Below are positions 1-12,069 of a stretch of DNA of 64,000 bases, piece by piece. Source of the DNA: Lama glama (lineage: Eukaryota); assembly GCA_028534125.1 (NCBI GenBank), contig CM052816.1, positions 2,606,001-2,670,000 of the forward strand, read 5' to 3'. Under the pieces are notes generated by a model. It was not told where the DNA came from, made no database searches, and worked only from the letters and a program-made list of their open reading frames with translations. How positions within the stretch are numbered: position 1 is the first letter of the stretch; each line of letters opens with the position of its first letter. Made by a program: the position numbers and the translations under genes.

Positions 1-69
1 GGTCGCGGTAGTGTATGGAACACTCTATTTCCGCTACCCTCAGCCTGCATAAACTGCTCATCAGTGGAT

Positions 70-640
70 GCAGAAGACCTTTATTGGTCCGTTGGTTGCC
101 TCCTTATGCATGAGTTCATCCCTTTCCTATTCCAATAGCTCCAGGGGAACCAACTCCAACTTGACCTCCAGCACTGAATGATGTGACCAAGGCTAAGCCA
201 GTAAGAGCGCCCTATCTGCCTGGCTACTGTGATTAGTTTAGGTGTAAACATACAATCCAAGATGGTCTAGTAACAACAATTCTCTAGATTTTGCTGAGAA
301 CATTGGGACAAAAATACATTCTCACTACTGCAGCATGTAACTAGAGAAACAAGTAAGCCAGAATCTGCTGGAAGCCATCTTTTTCATAGGAAAGACCATA
401 GTCTTAGAACTAAGATGTCACTGTGGAAGGTAGACCAGAAAGACAGAGAGAAATGGGGATCCTGTTGACCCTGTTTGAGCTGCAGGATCAATCTTCATCT
501 GAAATAAGTCCTTTCTCTGGACTTTTCATACACATGAAGCAATAAAGTGGCCTTCCTATTTAGGTTAAATTGTGTTAACATTTTATTACTTTCAACAAAA
601 ATTTAATTGAAATATGATACAGAGAGATTCTAACTGCTGG
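70..640 (+). mobile_element. Old MLT1-type (ERVL-MaLR) solo LTR
   Basis: Motifs atgtgaccaaggctaagcca, ctgctggaagccatct and ctggacttttca...gcaataaa resemble MLT1J/K/L LTRs. Confidence 0.7.
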
Positions 641-1309
641 TGGTACTGAACAGATTACACGGATATGGAAGAGAGGCTCTGTGCTAGAGGCTCTGAGCAC
701 GCAGGCTCCTGAGAATAGTGGATTAGACCCTTTGTGTTCATTTACTGAGACTGCTGTCTCATGGTCCCAGCAGAATTTTTAGAATACTATTTGTATGACC
801 ACACTTAGGTATCAAATTCCTTTGTCAGTTTGGACGATGCTTTCAAAAAAGTTCTTATAAGAGCGAGCAAAAAGTTCTTAAAAACAGTAGTGTGGAGGAG
901 ACTCAGCACCCATCACTCGTCACCATCATGAGCTACGCTTGCTTCTTGGAGTCATAGTCCAGACGAAGCTGATATTGAGCCACTGACATTTATGAACTTT
1001 TTGCTCTGACATTCATAAACTTACTGCTTTTTGACATTTATCAACAAATTGCTTATAAATGTGTTAAATTAATTTATTAGTTCACAGGAATCCACTGTTC
1101 AATGAAGTAGAAAAATTTAACATCAAAGCTGACATCATTACACATAACCTATTTCCTCCATAAAGTAGAAGGTGTACTCAGGGAGAATACCAATTAGTAC
1201 AAAAAACTAGTTAGTGGGCCACCAAACATTCTCTTTGGGAAAGAGAGGGCTGCATAAGCACCAGCCCTAACTTTCAATGCGTTTAGTACAGTAGGCTGTC
1301 CTCCCGAAC

Positions 1310-1512
1310 CAGGAGTCATCAAATTTGGTCTGTGACTTATTTCCATAAATAAAGTTTTACCAGAACACAGCCATGCTCATTCATCTACCTATGTCTATGG
1401 CTTCTTTCAAGATCCAAAAGCAGAGCTGAGTAGCTATGAAAGACAGTAAATTGCCCACAGAGCTCAAAATATTCACTACCCATCACTTACAGAAAAATCT
1501 TGTGGCTTCCTA
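1310..1512 (-). mobile_element. MER58A-like hAT-Charlie MITE
   Basis: aataaagttttaccagaacacagccatgctcattc...aaaatattcactac...ttacagaaaaa matches the MER58A reverse strand. Confidence 0.85.
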
Positions 1513-1567
1513 TGATTAAGCCATGAGTGCCTTGAAGGTAGAGCTACATGATTTTTATCTTTGTATA

Positions 1568-1808
1568 ATAATACTGTGTACTGAATGCTTGCTATGTGCC
1601 AATCACTATGTTATCATGCTTATCATTTCAAACCCCAAACAATTCTGTGGGGTTATATGTTTCGTGTGGGCTCTACAGAACTCAGAGGTAAACAGTTCTC
1701 TCGAGGACACCCACTCAGTCAGTCCCAGATCTGTGAGTCCAATGAAGATCTACTTGTCTGAGCCAAAGTTCATGCTCTTAACCATCGCACACCCTATACT
1801 GCCTCTCC
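1568..1808 (-). mobile_element. MIR SINE
   Basis: tactgaatgcttgctatgtgcca...ctcagaggtaaa...catgctcttaaccat is the MIR antisense core. Confidence 0.8.
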
Positions 1809-3274
1809 AGCCCTTGACATAGTTTCAGTTTCATAAAAGTTACTCAATACTTGATGTTGAATTGAAATGGAATCAGAATTTTTTAAAGACACTTGCTTAC
1901 TTTATTTGCGCCTTAAGAGATCATTTACCTACCAGGGGTACTTTCCTAACTGAACTGGGATGAATGGCCTGGAGAAAGTTGACAAGAAGGAAGAGTTTCA
2001 TTTTCCCTTTTTTCACACAAACTTTCTCTTCAGTTTGGTCTCCAACAGGAGGCGCTGACAAATCAATGAACTTGGCAAGAAGAAAGAGACAAACTGGATT
2101 GTTGCTACTTGAATGATGTAGTTGATTTACCAGAGAAGGAGTGGAAAGGCCCACCATCACTTCAGATGGGATGACTTCCAGTTTTCTTGCTGCCCTTGTG
2201 CTAAATCAACTGAAAATGCTCTACTGCTCACGGTTTTATACAGGTGAAGACTCTGTTATGTTTCCAATGACTGATCAACAGCTGTGTGCTGTTCACCTGT
2301 TGTCACCCAGCGTACGGGCTGTTGGGTCATGTGGATGGCTGTATTGTGGACCGTATTTCACCTCTCTCCTCCTACCTTTCTCATTCTGGACCTTCTCAAA
2401 TGTGATCTCCATAGATAAACCTACTGCTTCCACCACAGACAAAATGCAAAGACAGAGGGCTGCCCAGTAACAATGGGGAAGACTCGTCTTCATATGATAC
2501 AACCAACAAAGAGGTAATTGTCGCTACAGGAAGAATGAAACAAAGTTTTTTTTGTGCCGGAGAATACCTTGGATTATATCTTGCCTGTTATTATAGAATA
2601 TTACTGTTTGTTGTTTTTTTTTTAATAAAAGTATAAAGCTCTGGACTGGAAGTCTCAAAACCACTAATGAAATTTTCTAATGGAAACCACCATTCCATGT
2701 GCAACAGAGTCCCATTTCCAAAAGAAACCTTGACGTGGCAGAAGCCAGAGTTGTTTTCTGTTTTTACGTATGCAGCGGTGTCATCAGAGGTGCCGTGGAG
2801 AGTGGGGTGCTGCTGGACGGACATTCTGGGAAGATGGGAAAGACAGCTGCAGAGGTATCATGTCCCTGGGTGTCTTGCTGTTAACGTCAGTCTCTGCCTA
2901 GTCCCAGACAGCATGTTTGTTCTTTATACATTTTTTCATCCAAAGGCAGAAGTTAGCACTAAATTGCTACGTTTTCAGTTCCTCAAACAAAGCCTACTTC
3001 AGAGATTCATCTTAGAAACGATTTCTTTCAGCTGTCATTGTTCTCTTCTGGACAATTTCAAATAAGCCTTGCTGAGCTTTTCTCATCCATTTTTGGGTAA
3101 TGGAAACATTTTTCTACTAAGGCAAAAGTTCCAGGAATTACAGTTTAGTTATCACATAACTAAAATTCCCCAATCTTCTGTCATTCTTCTCCAAAAAAAA
3201 ATTCAGCCAACCTTGATCTCTTCTCTTTCCAGATGACCTAAACCATTTACTTCTTGCATCTTTACTTCACAAAC

Positions 3275-3440
3275 TATTGTTCTTGGATCACCAGCATCAG
3301 AAACAGGGGGCGTATACTGTAACAGCCATCTCTAGACTTCATCTCAGTGGTCCTGCATCAGAATATCTGGGGTAAGGCTCAGGCATTCCTTACAAGTTCT
3401 TGGCTGATCCTTGTACCTCAATGAAGATGGAGAACGACGG
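3275..3440. mobile_element. MER5A-like hAT MITE
   Basis: accagcatcag...catcagaatatctggggtaaggctcaggcattc...acaagttc...gagaac. Confidence 0.65.
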
Positions 3441-3579
3441 CTGTATTGTATCTGTTTGGACAACGGGCGATTCCCAGATTAGCCCTTTTCACGTCTTGTA
3501 GGCAGAAACGGTGCCGTCAGATGGGCAAGTTGTGTCCAGCATGAGAGCATTTGGCCAAAGAGAAGGAGGATGAGATAAA

Positions 3580-3757
3580 GATTTGCACCCTGGCACAAGG
3601 TTGTGTTCACCAGAGAAAAGGGTGTTTGTTTTTGTTTTTTTTTCTAATTTGCACAAATGTCTCCTGTGCTCACTGGTTGCTCACAAGGCTACATCTGCTG
3701 GGAATGGGCATCTTTTTCTAATTTACACAAGGACACTGTGTGACTGGCAGTGCCCTA
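3580..3757 (-). mobile_element. MER91B-like fragments (two tandem ends)
   Basis: ttttctaatttgcacaaatg and tttttctaatttacacaagg...ggcagtgcccta match the reverse complement of the MER91B terminal region. Confidence 0.55.
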
Positions 3758-4814
3758 CGTGTAGGTCTATTTATAAGGCCCATGGGACAAGCATCATGGG
3801 CAAGCTCTTTATCTGCTCTCCAGTGGTACCTCACAGATCGTTAAAACTCATTATTTGCGGAATCAAAATAAAAATGCAAACAATATATTAATACTAGAGA
3901 AAGAAAGAGTTTTATCACTCAAACAACAATGGTCTCCTTCATTTCTCTCCTCCCCTGAATTCAGCAAAATCAGCAAAATTTTCCATTGCAGACCACAAAT
4001 TGAACATACAGCCTGTGTGGGGGGCAAAATGAAACTCTTCTCTTCCTTCCTAGTGGAAATAAAACTCTTTGGCAGTAATTCTTGGATTGTTTTCTTTGGA
4101 AATTGCATTCATGTGATTTTTCAAGATGTTTCCCGGGCTTTGTTGAAATTTGATCCATTTAACAAGAAACACATAACTCAATTCATGTTAAAATTCTCAG
4201 GGTTACTTAAGAATAATTATGAGTTGTCCATGTGTGCTAGAAAAACAGTCCAGACTTCCTTAAGAATGGGAAGATTATTTGTCTCTCTGGGGTAATGTTT
4301 CTCTGGGTTCAGCATGCCCGATGCAAGAGTTTGCTTAAGAGGTGGCCCCAAACCTTCCACTGGGAAGCAGCAGACAGGCTCTACTAGTTTCACATAAAGC
4401 CATTATCAGAGGTGATTTATCACGTATGAACCAAGGATCTCTACGAACTTCCACAGAAGTGACAAGAGCGTCTCACACACCTAAAGAGAATGAGACTTAG
4501 GCTGAACTCTGAGATGTAATGGCTGGATTTGGTTTAAAGTACATGTTTTCTAAGCTTCCTCTGTAGAGTAACCTTTCCTTCACTTGTACCCTTCTCTTGA
4601 CTAAACCTTCTAAGCCACAGCTAAATCGAACAAAGCCCCACAAATCTCCCTCGCGCTCATGCAACTCCCCTAACACAGAAACGGAGCTTCCTGAGACTTT
4701 ACGGACTCCTGGGCAGTGAAGGTGAAGTAAATGGAGAAACAGGATCTCAGTCCAGAGACCAACCAGCGTGTCCTTTTGCCAGTGTTCAAAGAGAGGGCTG
4801 ATCTCTGTTCGCCC

Positions 4815-5160
4815 CTTTCTTAGTTGAGCCTCTTCTGGTGGGTTGCAAGTAACAGAAACCCATTAGGGAACTTGACTGCAAAGATACGCAAGTATCTCAC
4901 AGAAGCCAACATCCCCAGGAAGAACTCGGGCTGAGAATTAGAGGCCACTGCGGACACTGGTATTTCCCCACCGCCTGTCACCTCTGTTTCTCTCACCTCA
5001 TTCACCCAGTCCCACTACCCCTGGCCTGCATGGTGAGCACAGTGTTCTTTACTTTGAACTTCCTCTGTTGAAGAGGTCAACCTAGACTTGCTTTTCTTCA
5101 TCCCAATTCCAAAATTCTGGGAGATGGGAAGCCAACTGGCTCATTTTGCATCCGGTCACT
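4815..5160 (-). mobile_element. Old MLT1-type LTR remnant
   Basis: ggttgcaagtaacagaaaccca and cccaattccaaaattctgggaga motifs. Confidence 0.5.
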
Positions 5161-5349
5161 TTTTTTTGGTTCAGTTGTTTATGGCAAGGAACAGAGTCAA
5201 GTTGAACCAACGCTGAGTTCAAGAACGTCACTCTTGTGTCCTTCCGGACTGTGGGGAGGAACATCCCAGAGGAAGGAGACCACAGAAAATCTAAAAACGA
5301 TCCTCTGGACTCTTTCCACCCATGATCCTACAAACAAGAGAGAGCTGTA

Positions 5350-5530
5350 GGGTCCTTTATCCCAACTACCCATCCACGGCAGGAATCTGCTCTGCAACAT
5401 TACTGACCAACAAAAATCCTTCAGTGCTGCCTGAACACCCTTAGGCATGGAGGGTTTCCCTCTCCGGAGGCAGTCCGTATTGTTCAAATTCCTCTCTTTA
5501 GGTTACAGCAAAAATTCTTCCAGCAATGCC
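5350..5530 (-). mobile_element. L3/CR1 LINE fragment
   Basis: ctgcctgaacacccttaggcatgg...ggcagtcc...aaaattcttcc resembles the CR1 3' region, antisense. Confidence 0.5.
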
Positions 5531-5659
5531 CACTCATAGATACTGGTTCTAACTATTTAAACAGCATGTATCTCTAACTTTGTAGTGAAATATATGCATA
5601 TGCGTATAGATAGGTTTTCTTTTTAACTAAAGAGCCTGAACAGAGGGTAATAAAAGGGA

Positions 5660-5862
5660 GGATGGTGTGGGAGAGAGCATGGGCTCTGGTGACCACAGAC
5701 TGCCAAGTTTCAAGTAACTATGGAGTAGCTGTGCAACCTGCCACAAGCTACTGAACATCTATTTCTTCGAGTGTAAAATGGCCATAGTGTCATGAGGACT
5801 AAGTAAAATAAAGGGTGTAAAACATTCAGCTTAGTGCTAGGCATTAAGCTGAATGTTTATTC
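5660..5862 (+). mobile_element. MIR SINE
   Basis: gagagcatgggctctgg...tagctgtgcaacc...tgtaaaatgg...tgtaaaacattcagcttagtgctaggca. Confidence 0.75.
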
Positions 5863-5882
5863 CTTAATAAAAGGAATCAAGT

Positions 5883-5938
5883 AAAATAATGGCGGCAAAA
5901 ACAAATTAAGCTTAATTTGTTTTTGCCGCCATTATTTT
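5883..5938. repeat. Perfect 56-bp palindrome (28-bp arms, no spacer)
   Basis: aaaataatggcggcaaaaacaaattaag|cttaatttgtttttgccgccattatttt, checked base by base. Confidence 0.98.
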
Positions 5939-7414
5939 TTTTTAGCATTAATTACTTATATAAATACAATGCAACCATATATTTTCTAAGCTTGATATCA
6001 TTCTGCAACTGATATTTCTCAATTTAACCGGAGTTTCCTCGACAGGCCTGGCACATGCCAATGGGTAAGGGCAAGAATGACAGTCCGAGTGTTCTTTTTC
6101 CAGAGTGTGGAACTTGTTTCTGGTGAGAAGGCTATAGAAGCGTCTGCAGACTGCCTGTCGAAGGGGTGGGTGCCATTCTATTTATTATTCAGCATGAAGC
6201 TGACGGCTTCTTGCTCAAGCTGTAGGGACGAGGCATGAGCGGAGATCTTTCTGCCTGCCTAGTTTACAGAGCTGAAATACAGAAGTTGACAGTTTTATGA
6301 CTTCCATAATCTTGGTAAGTAAGTGATGTAGTCAGAGCCAGCCGAGGCACTCTGAGTCCACTGCCACCTCCTGGGTGTAGTGTAAGGTTTAGAGAAAGAG
6401 GAGAAAGGCGCTGAAGTGACAGAAACTACCTAAGGACGCATTTGCCATAGGAGCCGAGGGGAGCCACAGGGCGCCTAATGCATGGGAACAGCATTGCTCC
6501 TCAGACCGCTGGCACCTTCAAAACAAGGGACACCAAGGAAGTAGTGAGGTGACACCTGTATAGAAGGACCATCGTTTCATTCCCTCTTTCCTGCAAACAG
6601 TGTTCCTTATCTTTGGGGCAGCACAGCAGAACAGAACTGAATGGGCATCTTGAAGCAGAGCTGCTTTCACATTCTGGAGTCGCGGAGGGTTTGGGAACCA
6701 AGCCTGGGCCACGTGCCCAGCATCAGCGGCCTCCACCATACTTGCTGACCCTATCCTGAAATCCTGCTGCTGCCCAGTGACAGAATATAAAAAGAATGGA
6801 AGAGGGAATGGAGCACATCACATGTTCAGTTGCCCGTTTACTGAACACCATCTCTGTGAAGCACCGTCTCTAATGCAACATTTACTAAGCACCTCCTGTG
6901 TGCTCTGTATGTGGTGCAAGTGTGATTATGCAGGAGAGTGGAATGTATCCAAGGTACCAAGAGTGTAGAATGTGCCCAGATTTTACTGGAGGTCAGGTAG
7001 AGCTGGCAAAATTTCTCATAAATGGTGACATTTGAGGTGTACCTTAAACAATGGTGCATGTTTCCAAGAATAAGTAATTTCATGACAGATTTCCAGGGGG
7101 TAATGCTGAGTGAAAAATATAATATATATATATATATATATAAATAAATTTTTTACAGCAAAATCTGAATGATCACAAAAGTATAAACACAAGACAGATA
7201 CTGTTAAACCTTTTCCATTTTGTCTTCCATATATACCTACTATGCTGATCTGCATTTTGTTGTGTAATTAGAAAAAAAAACAAGAAGAGATACTAATATG
7301 TTAATCTGGGTGGTAAATTATGGGAAATTTTTGTCTACCTCTTTTTGTTCAGTTATAACTTTTAAGATATCAGACCAAAAATAATAAACTTTCATGCAAT
7401 TAAAAAAAAAAAGA

Positions 7415-8217
7415 CTTTTACATATATGGTCAATTGACTTTAGACAGGAGTGCCAAGACCATTAAACGGGAAAGGATAATCTTTTCAGCAAATGGTGCTG
7501 GGAAAATTGGATATCCACATGCAGAAGAATTAAGCTGGGTCCTTACCTCACAGCACATACCAAAATTCACTCAAAATGGATCAAAGACCTAAACATAAAC
7601 GTCAAAACTATAAAACCCTTAGAAGAAAGTATATAGGGAAATCTTTATAACATTGGATTTGTCAGTGATTACTTGGATATGAAACCAAAAGTACAGTCAA
7701 CAGAAGGAAAAAAGATAAATTGGACTTTGTCAAAATTAAAAAATTCTGTGTATCAGAGGACACTATCAAGACAACAAAAAGACAATCCTCAGACTAGGAG
7801 AGAATATTTGCAAATAAAATATCTGATAACATATTAATACCCAGAATATAAAAAGAACTCCTACAACTCAGTAACAACATGAACAACCTAATTCGAAACC
7901 AGACAAACAGAATGTGGCACGTACATACAACGGACTATTATTCAGCCACTAAAGTGAAAGCAATTCTGATACATGCTACAAAGTAGATGAACCTTGAAAA
8001 CATCATGCTAAGTAAAACAAGCCAGGCACAAAAGGACAACTACTGTATGGTTCTACTTACACGAGGAACCTAAAATAGGCAAATCCATGGAGAGAGAAGG
8101 TCTAATAGAAGCTACTGGGGCCTGGGGGAGGGGCAAGTGGGAGTTACTGCTCAGTGGGTACAGAGTTTATGTTTGGGGTGAATATGAAAGTTCTAGAAAT
8201 AGATAGTGGTGATGGCT
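7415..8217 (+). mobile_element. L1MB-like LINE-1 3' fragment (ORF2 C-terminus + 3'UTR) with internal deletion near 7900
   Basis: aaatggtgctgggaaaattggatatccacatgc ([11 protein letters not shown]), then 3'UTR gatgaaccttgaaaacatcatgctaagt...agatagtggtgatggct. Confidence 0.9.
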
Positions 8218-8229
8218 AAAAAAAATAAA

Positions 8230-8420
8230 AGCTTTCAGAGGAAGGGAAGGGTAGTCCAGGCACAGGAAGAGGAACGTGCAAAGGCACGGAGGTATGGACT
8301 CCCCCATGTTTAAGAAGTCCAGTGAGGATGCATGGTTGGTTGTGTTGGGAAGAAAGGCTGGGGTCTAGGCCTGGTTGGGAAGGATTTGAGCACAAGTCAA
8401 AAAGAAGGAACAGCTTGAAA
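8230..8420 (-). mobile_element. L2 LINE fragment
   Basis: ccaggcacaggaagaggaacgtgcaaaggcacggagg is a typical L2 antisense segment. Confidence 0.6.
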
Positions 8421-8458
8421 ATATACAGTGATTCTAGGCCCACCTTTACATACCATGC

Positions 8459-8690
8459 TGTATTAGGGCTCTCCAGAGAAACAAAACCAGTAAGATGTAT
8501 GTGTATGTATACATGTGTATTATATACATGTATATGTGTGTGTGTGTGTATAGAAAGAGAGAGAGAGAGGGAGAAAGAAACAGAGACAGAGAGAAAAGAC
8601 AGATAAAGCAATTGGCTCACACAGTTATGAGGAAGGGCCAGTCCCAAGATCTGTAGGACGGGTCAGTAAGCAGGAAGCCCAGGAGAGCTA
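8459..8690 (-). mobile_element. MLT2-type (ERVL) LTR part with internal TG/TA/GA microsatellite
   Basis: tgtattagggctctccagagaaacaaaacca...aattggctcacacagttatg...gtcccaagatctg. Confidence 0.85.
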
Positions 8691-9557
8691 TGTGTCCAAA
8701 ATAAAGAGGAACCAGAATACCGGTGACCAGCCCTAAATACTGCCACTGAAAGTCCTGCACCCAATTCCCCTGTGGGTGTGGGGTTTCCCCTCATCACCAA
8801 GCAATTCTTCAACACCAGCCAGGTGTTCTACAGTTCCATTCAGAACTGAACACTAGCTACCGGGACATAGCATCAGGTCCCACAGGCTAAGGTCTCAATC
8901 CCACAAGACTGCCTTCCGCTTCAGATGCCAGTGGCAAGCTCAGGCTTGTACCTGTACATCTGATTGACTGGCTATAAACCAGAGGCTCACACACACACCC
9001 CTTCTCCCCCTGGGTTTGATCAGTCTGCTAGAGTGGCTCAAAGAACTCAGGAAACCCATTTACTCAGTTTATTATAAAAGGATATAACTCAGGAACAACC
9101 ACATGGAAGAGATGCACAGCGCAAAGTGTGGAGAAGGGTCACAGAGCAGCCACGTCCTCGCCAGGTGTGCCAGATCTCTCAGCATCTCCATGTGTTCCTC
9201 AACCTGGAAGCTCTCCAGACCCAGTCCTTTTGGGTTTTTATGATGGGTTTATTACATACGCATGAATGGTTAAATCGCTGGCCACTGGCCACTAGCCAAT
9301 CAATTCCTCCAGCCCCTCTCCCCTCCCTAGAAGTCAGGAGGGTGGGATTGAAAGTTTCAATCCTCTAATCACCTGGTTGGTTCTCCTGGCAACCAGCCCC
9401 CCATCCTTAGGTGCTTTCCAAAAGTCACCTCGTTAACATAACAAAAGACACCTTTGCTGCTCTCAGCACTTAGGAAATCCAAGAGTTTTAGGAGCTCTGT
9501 GCCAGAAACGGGGACAAAGACCAAATATATTTCTTATTACAAATCACAATATCATAG
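8691..9557 (-). mobile_element. MER21-like solo LTR
   Basis: tcccacaagactgcc...cttcagatgcca; ends ttttaggagctctgtgccagaaacggggacaaagaccaaatatatttcttatt...tcacaatatca, the reverse complement of the MER21 start. Confidence 0.9.
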
Positions 9558-10134
9558 TCACATATATTAATCTATTACGCACCAAGGAAAGATCTCTAAG
9601 CAAAGAAGTGGACCACAAATGGGGGGAGAAAAAGTCAGAGGCACAGAACTTGACAGAAACCTGACCAATGAGAAACAGAAAGCAACACTCAGGGACCCTT
9701 CTGGAACAGGTACCACGTCTTCCTCTATTGCCTCTACAACATCACTTACAGCAATGAAGAACGAGAAACTACGACCTCGGCCATGGAGCTTTCTTCCCAG
9801 AACGGTGCCTTGTGTAGCTGCCTATGGCAGCAGCAGTGGTTCTAAATTTTCCATATAGGAGGGGCCTGGAAATATAAACCCAATAAAGAGGCATGCTGTG
9901 AATTCTGTCTCAAGGCTGGATTTGCTTAGCAAATTTGGCTGTTTTTACTTAGAACGCATGTTTACTTGGAGTGACGTGGGGTACAAGGACTGCGGATAAA
10001 TACCACAGGGAGACAGAAGCCTCTCCAAACCCCCTCCTTGCACTGTCACCAGTCTACGGCCACTGGAGGCAATCACATAAATGTGTGGTGGTGCTCTGCC
10101 TCTTCAGACCGGAAGATACAAACTGGCAGCCTTC

Positions 10135-10245
10135 TGGGGCGGCCGGCCACCCTGGTTTGCCTAGGGCTGTGATTTTCCCAAGATGATCTCTGGTACTAAA
10201 ACAGGAACACTCCCGGGCAAACCCAGACGGTATGGTTGGTATCCA
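10135..10245. mobile_element. MER81-like hAT-Blackjack MITE
   Basis: cctggtttgcctaggg...ctaaaacaggaacactcccgggcaaaccc with internal inverted symmetry. Confidence 0.75.
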
Positions 10246-10544
10246 ACACACAGCCCTCGGACGTATTTTATTTTGTCATTAGGTTTTATATCTTTTAAAA
10301 TCTGAGTAAGTTAGGATCATTTGAAAAAGCAGGTTCCCTGAAGACATCCAGCTATAGGCTTCTTTTAACAAGTTCAGGCGATCCGGCCGCTCTGGGGCCT
10401 GCGTTCCGTCAGGGCAGAAAGTAACCAGGGTCAAGTCATGGCAGCTGCGCCTTTCACACAGAGCACGTGCCCTCCGGGCCGTCGCAGTCCCCACCCAGCT
10501 GCTGTTTATGCGACCTGTCTGAGTCCGAGGCATGAGGCTGTGCA

Positions 10545-11295
10545 CTAGAAATACCTGAGTGGCCTATGCCACCCCCACACGTAGGCTGCACCCCTAGACC
10601 AGCTACATAAGAATCTCTGGGGGTGGGACCCTGGCATCCATACATGTATTTTTATGGTAAAATATGAAAAAAACAGAAAATTCACATTTTTAACTATGTC
10701 AAGTGTGTAATTCCGTGACACTAAGCACATTCACGTTGTTGTGCAACTCTCATCAACATCCATCTGCAGAACTTTTTTTTTTATTATCATTTCAAACACA
10801 AACTCTGTACCTATTCAGCGGTAACTCCCCATCCTTCCCCCTCAGCGGGCTTTGGCGACCACTGTCCTACTTTCTGCCTCCTGTGACTTTGCCAATTCTA
10901 GGCAGCTCTACAAGTGGAAACAGACGTTTCTCCTTTTGGGTCTGGCTCGTTTCACTTAGCACAGTGTTTTTAAGGTTCACCCACATTAGAGTGAGTGTCA
11001 GGATTTCCTTCTTTTTCTTCTTAAGCTGAATAATATTCCGTTGTATATATTGATGACATTTTGTTTTACCCATTCATCCACTGAAGGACGTTTGTCTCCA
11101 CATGTGGCTACTGTGAATAATGCTGCTACGGACAGTGCTGCACATGTATTTGTTCAAGTCTCTGCTTTCAGTTCTTTTGGGTATGTACTTAGGAGTGGAA
11201 TTGCTGGATCATACGGTAATTCCATCTTTAGCAGTATCTGTATTTTTAAAGACCCTCAGGTGATTCCAGTGTGCAAACAAGGCTGTGAACTTCTA
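10545..11295. mobile_element. MER5A-like MITE split by an L1 insertion
   Basis: Left half agaatctctgggggtgggaccctggcatc; right half tgtatttttaaagaccctcaggtgattcc. Confidence 0.75.
10655..11232 (-). mobile_element. L1MB-like 3'UTR (5'-truncated L1) inserted in MER5A
   Basis: gcacattcacgttgttgtgcaac...ctgaataatattcc...ggagtggaattgctggatcata; flanked by tgtattttta at 10645 and 11239. Confidence 0.9.
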
Positions 11296-12069
11296 CATTA
11301 GAACTTATAATCTCTGAAGAATCTGTATCTTCTCATTCCAACGGGGAATGGGGGCCAAGGAGCAAGCGGGCTGCTGAGCTGATTTAGCCACCAAACAGGA
11401 GCTTAAAAACCATTTTAAAAGCACAAAGTCTTTCTACCTTCTCCCTCAAGCCTCTGAAAACAATTCTCTGCAGCCTTTATTGAACATTTCTATCAGCCTT
11501 CCAGGAGAGCGATCTTCAAAGAATATTTTAAATTTCATTACATATACAGCTCTAAAATATTAACTCAATCTGTAGAATTTTATAAAAATGTGCTGGATTG
11601 GAAAATGACACAAAAATAATATCCACTGGTTTTCTTTTATAACATCATCCAACTAAACTGACACAATTTGGAGCAGCCTAGTTATTAAAATGCAGCCTTG
11701 TGCTGGTGTGAGTGTCACTTATATTTAAAAGGAAAGTAATTTTACATGATTCGCTCTCTTATTTTTTCTGTTCTGGTGACACCAGGAGATTTGCGGATTC
11801 AGTGTCTTGTTCCTTCTACCATACTACTTTAAATGAAGATGGGAGGCTTATAGAATCCTTTTTCCCAGGGGAATTTATGAAATGTCAAAATGGTCACATC
11901 AGCCACTTGGACTAGCCTGGGAATGAGGACTTAATTTGGTCATGGGAAAAGAAGAGGAATATTTCCTTGAAGTTCTTTCACCCTCCTGGTCTTTCTCCTC
12001 CGAAAACATTCCATTATGCTGCATCATTGTCCAAACAGAAACACTCATGACTGAACTCAATTTATCAAA

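Noticed and set aside
5883..5938. Palindrome as a MADE1/mariner MITE or known miRNA
   Set aside because: Lacks the mariner terminal repeat sequence I recall and has no loop; no miRNA recognised.
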